A DNA stretch of 24,000 bases from Klebsiella phage MY02: the sequence record PP146563.1. One strand, written 5' to 3'. Under the pieces are notes generated by a model that saw only the letters and a list, made by a program, of their open reading frames with translations, did not search any database and had not been told where the DNA came from. Position 1 is the first letter of the stretch. Each line of letters opens with the position of its first letter. The position numbers and the translations under genes were made by a program. Positions 15,703 to 23,600 of the stretch are shown here, piece after piece.

Positions 15703-16350
15703 ATGAACCTTATCGAACGCGTAGCTTCTAAAGCCTTTTATCGTAACGGCATTTTCTATCATTCTCTTGAATCAGCTCAAGGATTCTTTGAAGCTAAGTG
15801 TAAGCAGCATGGTCTTGAAGATTGGCACTTCATGGTTGTATCTTCTACAAAGAAAACTAACATCGGGTACTGCTCTTATTACAAGCGCCGTATAGCTATC
15901 CAAGCTCGTTATTTCTACGCAATGTCAGGAGCTCAAGTTGAAGAAACTATCCTCCATGAATTAGCGCATGCTCTGACTAAAGGCCATAACCATGACGCGG
16001 TGTGGAGAGCTAAAGCCATTGAACTGGGTGACACTCATGCTCGTGCTACAACTCCTATTCGTACCGGTGTAGGCTTCATGGAAGAATGGATGATTAATCA
16101 CGGAACCCGATATGAAACCGAATTTGATGCAGTAGCTTTTACTTCTAAAGAGTTACCTCGTTCTAAGAAACCAAGTTCTCCTAACTTCGGCGGTGAAAAG
16201 AAACGGGTTGCTAAGCCTACTCGCAAAGCAATGGCTATCTACAACCAAGCTAATGCTCCTACACGTAGCGATTTCATCGAGCAGTTCATGGGCTTAGGCT
16301 ACAAGTTTGACTATGCAGTAGTTCAGTGGAAACTTTGCAAAAAGATGTGA
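15703..16350 (+). CDS. SprT-like putative zinc metalloprotease-domain protein
   Basis: ATG at 15703. EETILHELAHALTKGHNHDAVWRAKAIELG: HExxH followed by an H-x-x-x-W motif typical of SprT-like domains. Confidence 0.75.
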   Translation: MNLIERVASKAFYRNGIFYHSLESAQGFFEAKCKQHGLEDWHFMVVSSTKKTNIGYCSYYKRRIAIQARYFYAMSGAQVEETILHELAHALTKGHNHDAVWRAKAIELGDTHARATTPIRTGVGFMEEWMINHGTRYETEFDAVAFTSKELPRSKKPSSPNFGGEKKRVAKPTRKAMAIYNQANAPTRSDFIEQFMGLGYKFDYAVVQWKLCKKM

Positions 16351-16358
16351 TTTAAATG

Positions 16359-16386
16359 TTTACTTCTGCTTCAAACGTGTTATTAT
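16359..16386 (+). promoter_or_regulatory. Putative motA promoter
   Basis: TTTACT (16359-16364), 16 nt, TATTAT (16381-16386). Overlaps TCTGCTTCA (16365-16373), a full match to the MotA box pattern but at non-canonical spacing to the -10. Confidence 0.55.
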
Positions 16387-16424
16387 AGACCTATCAAAAC
16401 AAATGAATGAATTGGAGAAATAAA

Positions 16425-17057
16425 ATGTCTAAAGTTACTTACATCATCAAAGCTTCTAATGACGTTCTGAACGAAAAAACTGCATCTATTCTGATTCAGG
16501 TTATCAAAAACAACTACATCACTTCTGCAGAAATTCGTGATCTTCTGTCTGAAACTATGAATGCCTCTTCAGTGAACTCCAACATCGGTGTTCTTCTGAA
16601 GAAAGGCTTAATCGAAAAATCTGAAGATGGACTGATTGCTACCGGTGAAGCAATGGATATCATCCAGGCTGCGGCAGTTCTTCACGCTGAAGAAAATAAG
16701 CCAGAGCTTCTCCAGAAACGCAGAACTCGTAGTGCTCGTGGTGTTACTGAAGAAATGACTAAATTGGCTGAAGAAGTTAAAACTATTCTCGAAGCCCGTG
16801 TTGATCTCAAAGGTATCATCGAAAACCGTAGCAACTTAGAAGTTCAGTTGGTTAAGCGTACTAACGGCGTTCGTCAAATCGAAATCCGCCGTGATGGCTC
16901 ACTTCGTGTCTTTGGCTATAACATGGCCGAGTCTGAGACTAAGGCTTTCACATCTTTAAGTTCGGATGTTAAGGTCAAAGTGGGTGGCAAAAACACTTAC
17001 ATCGATTTCCCAAACATTACTTCTGAAATGGCTTCAATCATCGCTAACGTATTCTGA
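16425..17057 (+). CDS. motA: Middle transcription activator MotA
   Basis: MSKVTYIIKASNDVLNEKTASILIQVI...NSNIGVLLKKGLIEKSEDGLIATGEAMDII...; N-terminal domain nearly the same as T4 MotA. Confidence 0.96.
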   Translation: MSKVTYIIKASNDVLNEKTASILIQVIKNNYITSAEIRDLLSETMNASSVNSNIGVLLKKGLIEKSEDGLIATGEAMDIIQAAAVLHAEENKPELLQKRRTRSARGVTEEMTKLAEEVKTILEARVDLKGIIENRSNLEVQLVKRTNGVRQIEIRRDGSLRVFGYNMAESETKAFTSLSSDVKVKVGGKNTYIDFPNITSEMASIIANVF

Positions 17058-17064
17058 GGAAAAT

Positions 17065-17220
17065 ATGAAAACTTTCAAAATTACTTTTGAGGTGTCTGGT
17101 GAAACTCGTATCGCACACATTAAAGCTCGTAACGGCTATGATGCAGTACGCATTTATATGCAGTACTTTGAATCTGCGAAGTTATGTGAAATGATTGTTA
17201 GCGTTGAGGAAGAACAATGA
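17065..17220 (+). CDS. Small hypothetical protein (51 aa)
   Basis: ATG 17065 with GAGGAAAAT RBS: MKTFKITFEVSGETRIAHIKARNGYDAVRIYMQYFESAKLCEMIVSVEEEQ. Confidence 0.65.
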   Translation: MKTFKITFEVSGETRIAHIKARNGYDAVRIYMQYFESAKLCEMIVSVEEEQ

Positions 17221-17396
17221 ATCTTTACCTGATCAAGTACTCTAAAGATGGTATTAAAGGTTATTGTTACCAAATCCCAGCCAAGAACGAGTTTGATGCA
17301 TGTGTTCGTCTTGGTCAGGTTTACGGCGATGATAAAATCTATCGCAATGACCTTGTTATTGAAGTCGAATCCGTAACTTTATCTGCCAGAGGTTAA
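17217..17396 (+). CDS. Small hypothetical protein (59 aa), absent from ORF track
   Basis: ATGA overlap; MNLYLIKYSKDGIKGYCYQIPAKNEFDACVRLGQVYGDDKIYRNDLVIEVESVTLSARG. Confidence 0.6.
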   Translation: MNLYLIKYSKDGIKGYCYQIPAKNEFDACVRLGQVYGDDKIYRNDLVIEVESVTLSARG

Positions 17397-17397
17397 T

Positions 17398-17721
17398 ATG
17401 AACAAGTTAGAAATCATCAACGAACTTCGTAAGTGTGCTGAGCCAACTCAAGCTGGCTGGGATGTATGGTACCACGGTGCTTATCTAGGCACTATCGTTA
17501 AGGTTAAAGCCGGACAGTACGGCATTTTACGCGATGATGATGCGGCGCCGTTAGGCTTCAGAACTAACTTCATGGCTGCTATTTCTTCTTATGTTGAAGC
17601 CGCTAATAAGGTTCGTATTGCAGATTACATCGAACTTCAAACGGCTCAACCTGTTATTCGCCAGATTGGTGAAGCACCTAAGAAAAGTATCTGGCAGAAG
17701 ATTAAAGGATTCTTTAAATGA
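17398..17721 (+). CDS. Hypothetical protein
   Basis: 107-aa ORF in operon. Confidence 0.7.
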   Translation: MNKLEIINELRKCAEPTQAGWDVWYHGAYLGTIVKVKAGQYGILRDDDAAPLGFRTNFMAAISSYVEAANKVRIADYIELQTAQPVIRQIGEAPKKSIWQKIKGFFK

Positions 17722-17897
17722 GTGAACAAGAGATTAATGATCTGATTATGGGCCTGGTAAAGGATATTAATACCAGAGCCTTGCATAAGTACCAAGTAGG
17801 CGACTCTTGGACAATGGCTGATTGTAAACTAGGTGCAGACCACGGACGCTATGTCATTAGAGTCCTTAATGAAAAACTAACTAACGAGGTCAAATAA
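17718..17897 (+). CDS. Small hypothetical protein (59 aa), absent from ORF track
   Basis: ATGA overlap: MSEQEINDLIMGLVKDINTRALHKYQVGDSWTMADCKLGADHGRYVIRVLNEKLTNEVK. Confidence 0.6.
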   Translation: MSEQEINDLIMGLVKDINTRALHKYQVGDSWTMADCKLGADHGRYVIRVLNEKLTNEVK

Positions 17898-18101
17898 ATG
17901 AGAGTACTGATGACCTCTAGTGAATACTTTAATTCGCTAAACCGTTCAGAAAAGGCTCAAATTAAACGGTTTATAACTGAGCTTGGATATGTCGAAGCAC
18001 ATATGCTGAGCATGCACATCCAAGAATGCGGTCTTGCAAAACGGTTTCACATTTCAACCAGATGCTTAAAAGAGGTTATCAAACATTATGCTTCCATTTA
18101 A
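17898..18101 (+). CDS. Small hypothetical protein
   Basis: 67-aa ORF abutting the preceding stop. Confidence 0.6.
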   Translation: MRVLMTSSEYFNSLNRSEKAQIKRFITELGYVEAHMLSMHIQECGLAKRFHISTRCLKEVIKHYASI

Positions 18102-18549
18102 AGAGCGCTTAGCATTGTTAGACGAAGCCTTAGCGCGCGAAACTCCTGAGAGTCTAGCTAAAAAATTAGCCTCTTATGGTGGCGAATATACAGAGCAAAA
18201 TGTTCTGGACGAAGTACCTGAAATCTGTTGGGAAACTGCATATTGGTACGAAGACCGTAAATTCCAGCGTCGAATTGTTTCAGCAGCTAATCGCTTCAAA
18301 TTGAAAGATGGCGGAACTTTAGTTATTCCGGGCGCACGCCATTATTCTAAGTGTATGGCAGCTGTGTTGGATGTGGTTTCTGATAAATTAGTTTCAGACC
18401 AAGCCGTCGGCGATGACCAAGGCTTCATCGATCAATACAGCAACTATTGGACCCGCAAAGAAGCTATGATTATTGCCACATACGCTAATCAGGTGCGTAT
18501 TGAACGTGGCGGCCGAGCGGATGAATTATATTCAGAGGATCTTTATTAA
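18088..18549 (+). CDS. Hypothetical protein
   Basis: 153-aa ORF overlapping the preceding gene end and followed by TAATG overlap. Confidence 0.7.
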   Translation: MLPFKERLALLDEALARETPESLAKKLASYGGEYTEQNVLDEVPEICWETAYWYEDRKFQRRIVSAANRFKLKDGGTLVIPGARHYSKCMAAVLDVVSDKLVSDQAVGDDQGFIDQYSNYWTRKEAMIIATYANQVRIERGGRADELYSEDLY

Positions 18550-18665
18550 TGAATAACCTAGTGGCAAAGAACGACTTTAACAAGGGTGGTGCTCATAAGG
18601 ACAAAAAGCGCGCTGCTAAAGATTCCAAACGTAAACAAAAACATAAAGGTAAAGATAATGATTAG
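18549..18665 (+). CDS. Highly basic microprotein (38 aa), absent from ORF track
   Basis: [38 protein letters not shown]; overlaps both neighbours' stop/start codons. Confidence 0.55.
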   Translation: MNNLVAKNDFNKGGAHKDKKRAAKDSKRKQKHKGKDND

Positions 18666-18918
18666 AGACCGTAAACAAGTAGAAATGGTTATCTACGAAA
18701 GCGAAATCTTGACCCGCTTATCTACTGCCAATAAAAGCATTTATTCTGACCTCATCGGCGAAATTTCTACAGATCTGATGTGGGGTCAGAATGATGATAT
18801 ACTTAAGCATGATGAAGGCGGTACATTTATCGTCATCCCGGTTAACCGCTCGGTAAGCGAACTTATCGAAGTTATTGATGAGATTATTTCTGAATATGAT
18901 TTAGAGGATTATTTTTAA
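18658..18918 (+). CDS. Acidic hypothetical protein (86 aa)
   Basis: ATG 18658 with AAAGGTAAAG RBS: MIRDRKQVEMVIYESEILTRLST...EYDLEDYF. Confidence 0.65.
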   Translation: MIRDRKQVEMVIYESEILTRLSTANKSIYSDLIGEISTDLMWGQNDDILKHDEGGTFIVIPVNRSVSELIEVIDEIISEYDLEDYF

Positions 18919-19223
18919 TGAATGTAGCCTATGAACAACTTGAACGTGAACGTGAAGCCTATGACTTGTTCGAATACTTGATGTCGAGTATCGTAGAAGA
19001 ATTCCGTGTAGATATCAAGTTCTACAGGAGCAACGAAGCTGAACCTAAATTCAAGCTTAATCATGCACTTAAGGGCAACTTCAATAGTGAACCAGGCGGC
19101 GTCAGGCTAACCCAGGCTCATCAGACTTATACATTACACGGCCCTTCTCGTAGTGTAGTTTTTGATGCTCTGAATCGAGTCAAAAAGATAAGCCAAAAAC
19201 ACGGGTTTACAATGGTAGTGTAA
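18918..19223 (+). CDS. Hypothetical protein
   Basis: 101-aa ORF, TAATG overlap with preceding gene. Confidence 0.65.
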   Translation: MNVAYEQLEREREAYDLFEYLMSSIVEEFRVDIKFYRSNEAEPKFKLNHALKGNFNSEPGGVRLTQAHQTYTLHGPSRSVVFDALNRVKKISQKHGFTMVV

Positions 19224-19234
19224 CAAGGTATAGT
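19206..19234 (+). promoter_or_regulatory. Near-consensus early promoter for asiA
   Basis: TTTACA (19206-19211), 17 nt, TATAGT (19229-19234). Inverted repeat GGTATA (19227-19232) / TATACC (19240-19245). Confidence 0.82.
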
Positions 19235-19276
19235 ATTCGTATACCAAAACAAGTGAGATGTCTGTTAAGGAATAGT

Positions 19277-19549
19277 ATGTCTAAGTTTGAAATAGTTTCT
19301 GAAATTATTACTATGGCTTCATTACTGATTAAATTTCAACGTGAAGATATTTTAGAAAATCGTGAAGGGTTTATTGCATTTTTAAATGAATGTGGGATTA
19401 GAAATGAGTTCGGAAGGGAATTAAACTCGGCTAATTTCCGTAAGATGGTAGCCGAGTTATCTGATGACGAAAAGAAACAGCTGATTCAAGAATTTAACGT
19501 AGGTCATGAAAGCGTATACCGCCATATGGAAATGTACGCTAACAATTAA
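19277..19549 (+). CDS. asiA: Anti-sigma70 / co-activator AsiA
   Basis: ATG 19277. MSKFEIVSEIITMASLLIKFQREDILENREGFIAFLNECG...FRKMVAELSDDEKKQLIQEFNVGHESVYRHMEMYANN; 90 aa, same length and pattern as T4 AsiA. Confidence 0.96.
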   Translation: MSKFEIVSEIITMASLLIKFQREDILENREGFIAFLNECGIRNEFGRELNSANFRKMVAELSDDEKKQLIQEFNVGHESVYRHMEMYANN

Positions 19550-20206
19550 TCACTTACTCCTTCCTAAAGCTCTTACAGCCTGCCCGCATATTGATGACAA
19601 ACGATCTTCTGATATAGTTGGTCGTTTGCCATACCAATACATCTCAACAGCCCCAGAATAAATGTTATCCAAGTTAAAATATGGACAAGAAAACATATAA
19701 GTCACTTCTTCAGGCTTCTTCTTAGTTGGTAAGAAAACAAATTCATTCTCGCTCCAGTAGTTTCTTCCGGACAAGTGTGTAGTATATTCCGGCGTTGTTT
19801 TATCTATAGGATACCCACCTAAGTTTTTAGGATCTACTGTGCTTGGTAATTTTCCTTCAAAAGCTATTAAATCTACGAAATAGTTTAAGTTCTTTGGTCT
19901 GAAATTAAATACTGCACTAAAATCAGCACCACTAGATACATGAACTATTTGAAGTTGCTCGAGCGCTGTGTTCTCAAATTTAAGCTCTTGAGTTTTTACT
20001 AGAATCTCGTTATAACTTTCATACGAACTCTTTACGTATGCGTTAGCTATAGAATCGGATTTATACCAAATAAAAGTAAGCCCAAATAAGATTACAACTA
20101 CTATAACTCTGGAAAACAAAAGCTTTCCAGAGGCGTTATCTTTAAACAAGCGGTCGAGCACCCCAAATAGAATATCCGATATAGGTATAGATATTTTATT
20201 GGCCAT
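19550..20206 (-). CDS. t: Holin (T4 t-like)
   Basis: SDILFGVLDRLFKDNASGKLLFSRV...ALEQLQIVHVSSGADFSAVFNFRPKNLNYFVDLIAFEGKLPST...SCPYFNLDNIY; 218 aa, single N-terminal TM segment. Confidence 0.97.
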   Translation of the reverse strand: MANKISIPISDILFGVLDRLFKDNASGKLLFSRVIVVVILFGLTFIWYKSDSIANAYVKSSYESYNEILVKTQELKFENTALEQLQIVHVSSGADFSAVFNFRPKNLNYFVDLIAFEGKLPSTVDPKNLGGYPIDKTTPEYTTHLSGRNYWSENEFVFLPTKKKPEEVTYMFSCPYFNLDNIYSGAVEMYWYGKRPTISEDRLSSICGQAVRALGRSK

Positions 20207-20222
20207 GTGCCCTCCTCACTTA

Positions 20223-20230
20223 TATTTATA
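20223..20230 (-). promoter_or_regulatory. T4-type late promoter for holin t
   Basis: TATAAATA on the - strand, 17 nt upstream of the t start codon; overlaps the stop codon of the upstream gene. Confidence 0.8.
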
Positions 20231-20627
20231 GGGCTTCTAACTCTGCTTTAAGCTTCATCAGGTCTGCCAAGATGTCATCTTTAGATCTGGTCTTATCTTT
20301 TTGCTCTATAATTATTTCTTCAACTTTATCGTTTTCAAATTTAAACTGTCTAGAACTAAAATCATCCCAATCTTTAGCAGGGAACTCGTCTAGTTGATAG
20401 ATGTCTAAAACAATATTAGAATCGCCATACAGCCCAATCATAGAAATATCAGGGCCACAGTAGTAATTAATTATTTTCCTTGTAGGTTTATCCACAAGAA
20501 TTACTGGCTTATTCGGCACAAAGTTCTTGCGGAGTTTATACCAGCATTCGCCGTTCTCATCTTTATAATAAGCCCCACCATCAAAGTTGTGAGACCAATT
20601 AACACTAAGTGCTTTATTTAAAATCAT
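20226..20627 (-). CDS. Putative tail fibre assembly/chaperone protein (occupies the T4 gene 38 position)
   Basis: ATG at 20627 with AGAGG RBS (MILNKALSVNWSHNFDGGAYYKDENGECWYKL...). Lies between gp37-like fibre and t. Lys/Glu-rich C-terminal helix DILADLMKLKAELEAL is Tfa-like; not obviously T4 gp38. Confidence 0.55.
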   Translation of the reverse strand: MILNKALSVNWSHNFDGGAYYKDENGECWYKLRKNFVPNKPVILVDKPTRKIINYYCGPDISMIGLYGDSNIVLDIYQLDEFPAKDWDDFSSRQFKFENDKVEEIIIEQKDKTRSKDDILADLMKLKAELEAL

Positions 20628-20640
20628 AATTCCTCTATTA

Positions 20641-20654
20641 GGGCCCGAAGGCCC
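20641..20654 (-). terminator. C(UUCG)G hairpin in the fibre-chaperone intergenic region (attenuator or stabiliser)
   Basis: - strand reads GGGCC-TTCG-GGCCC between the fibre stop and the next gene's RBS; no U-tract. Confidence 0.4.
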
Positions 20655-20660
20655 ATTCAA

Positions 20661-23600
20661 TTAAGTTGCAGAATCAATCCATTCAACACCCGGCTTCCAT
20701 ACCTGTAACCGTCCGGCGATTATCCGCATGTTCTGGTTGGCTTCATTGCTATCAGCATTAAGACCGATCATTACCCAGCCAGGGTCAACCGTTTTACCTG
20801 GTGCAGGGCGCCCGATTGGCCCGATGTCCCATCGAGCTCCTGTACGGACCCATTGAGCACACTGATTAAACCTGTTGTTTATATATTCAGTGATATATCC
20901 GCCGTAAACATCACCTTGCAGGTTTCCGTCAGCATGCAGCGTCCAACGCGCTCCAGGACCAGTCATTTGCCCTGTATTGCCATGCAACTGCCATTCAGCT
21001 GAAGCGGCTCGTAAACCCATCATGGTATTGTTGTCACGCGGCATATAAATAACACCACGCTCGCCACCATTAGAATGTCGGAACCAAAGATGTGTCGTGC
21101 CGTTATCTGCGGCAGGAGCTTTAACGTCTACGGCACCAACAAAACTACCAATACCATTATTACTAACAACATTACCACCTACTTCTAAATTACCGTTAAG
21201 AGCCGAAGCTCCAGTAACCCAGAGCGATGTGGTTTTTAACTGATCGCCTGTAATTGTTAACCGCCCAGTTACAGTACCACCAGTTAACGGAAGATAAGTA
21301 TCACCGGCATTACTAATAGCAGAAGCAACTTTATCATCAACATATTTCTTGTTAGTGGCTTGGTTATTCTGTGTAGGAGCATCGGCAATTTGTACATACT
21401 TAGAAGTAGGAACAATAATGCCACCGTTAGCATTAATAACCCCATTAATAGTTGCTGTACTTGATACAGTCAAAGCTCTAGAAACTGCTGAGTTTCCATA
21501 AACTGTTTGGTTTCCATCTGCGTCAACTTTAAACACATCAGTGTAAGTTTCCGAAGCTGGATTAGCTATGGCAGTTGCTGATGATTTAGCAACAACAAAT
21601 GATTTTCCTGAAGCAAATACCAGTTTAGAGCCTGAGTTAGATTTTTTAACGAAACCTAAATCCGAATCTTTTCCCATAAGAATAAAACTGTTATCGTTAG
21701 TATTCTTTATGTTTTGAGAAACGATCAAGCTTCTGCTCATCGCAGCTTCGCCATTTACTTGTAAGCTTCCTGAAGACGTTAGAGCTCCACCAACTAAAAC
21801 GTTTCCGTTTGGCTCAAAGCGTGTTTCACCGTTAGAAGTATCGGCACTTCCTGCTCTGATGTGGATGTTTTGACCACTAGCAGAACCTAAGACCACCGCA
21901 CCGGTTTCATTAGCTCGTAATACGCCAGTCGCAGAAGTAGAACCAAGGTTCAGTCTTCCAACTAATCTAGCGTTTCCGTTTGCAGTTAAATCGTTGGTAA
22001 CTAAATTACCGAATGATACTGTTTGTCCTTCACCAACACCAAGGTTATTACGGGCAGCAGCTACAGAAGTTGCTCCGGTGCCGCCTAAGTTAATCGGTTG
22101 AACACCCGCGACAACCTCTTTCCATGCAGACCATGTACCGTTTTGGCAGTATCGAACATATGTACCTTCAACATTACCGTTCTTTGTAGTAAAGGTCTGC
22201 TTACATGACCAATCAGTATCAGAAATTTTACGCAAAGACAGAACTTCAAGAACAAAGTTACCATCAGATGTGGGTTTGTTTGCTATCTTAGAACCACCAC
22301 CGGTAGAAGTACACTTGTATAATAAACGAGTACCTAAATCACTGCCTTTAATAACCATGTTGTTAAGGTCATTAGTCTTATCAGTAATATCAACAGCTTC
22401 TTCAGTACCGCGATACGTCTGGTTAAAAACCAAGTCCCCTTCTACCTCAAGGCCGTTAGATTTAACCAGGATGTACTTGGTAGGAGTTGGAGTAGCAACT
22501 GCATCTTGATAACCAAATTGCACATGTCCTTCAGGAGTAACTTTAAGCATTGCTACGGCAGCACCGCTACCAACTTTACGTGCAAGGGTTAATCTGCTGT
22601 ACTTGTCCGAGTTCTCTGAACCTAAATCAACCATCGTTCCATTAGGATTTTCGACCTTTAAGTTAGCGTTAATAGTCAAGTTACCGGTCATGGTATCACC
22701 AGTCTTGCTTACTTGCTTATTATCACCAGCAGTGATATCGTTTTTAATAGAAGTCAAATAGTTGTTAAGGTTACCACCAAACATCGAACCAGAGGTAATA
22801 TTCCCGTCTTTGGTTAGCATTGCTGCTCCACCAACTTTAACTGCTACAGGAACATCCAGGCGGCCATCAGAACGGAAGCTAAAATCACCGGCAGAAACAT
22901 CACCAGTAGTTTTTGCACGAATATTAATCTGACCCAAGTCCGCTGTATTCGGAGTTGCCCAAATTAAACCACGCTCATTGGTATTTGTTCTAAACCATAT
23001 ATGAGCATTTCCGCTTCCCGCATTAATATAAAACGACGCAGTTCCGGTCCCAGAAGCATGTAAATTAGGAGCAGTTAAATCACCAGTCATGGTGTCGCCG
23101 GCTTTCTTAACTTGAGTATCGTTTGTCAGACTACCAAGCCCTACGTCGGCCTTAGTCGGTTTATTTGCTGTACCGTAAAGTTCGTTGTAGTTAACATTTC
23201 CAGCAGCAAGACTGGTGTTGTTAGCTGCGTATACACGAACTTTAGCACTAGCGTAGTCGATATTAATAGCTGACATGGTATCACCAGCATTCATAAAAAT
23301 ACCGGAGCCGTGGCTATAAAGACCGTTTTGAACACTAACACCAGATTTAATAGCGCCGCGCCAGAAAGTACCGCCGTATGCTTTTAAACGGGTCATCATA
23401 TCCACATTAGAGGTAATGTTTTCGATTGATTTACCGCCATTACCACCTAAGCCATAAGCGCCGTTTTCTAAAAGGTTACCAGTGCCTTCACCGACATCGC
23501 GAATAGCAGCCGTACCTAGGCCCAAGTTATTACGAGCAGCAGCAGAAGAAGTGCCGCCAGTACCGCCTCTGCTAATAGGCAGAATACCCTCAGTACCACC

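Noticed and set aside
22270-22509. + strand ORF inside the tail fibre gene
   Set aside because: Antisense to repetitive fibre coding sequence; no RBS or recognisable motif.
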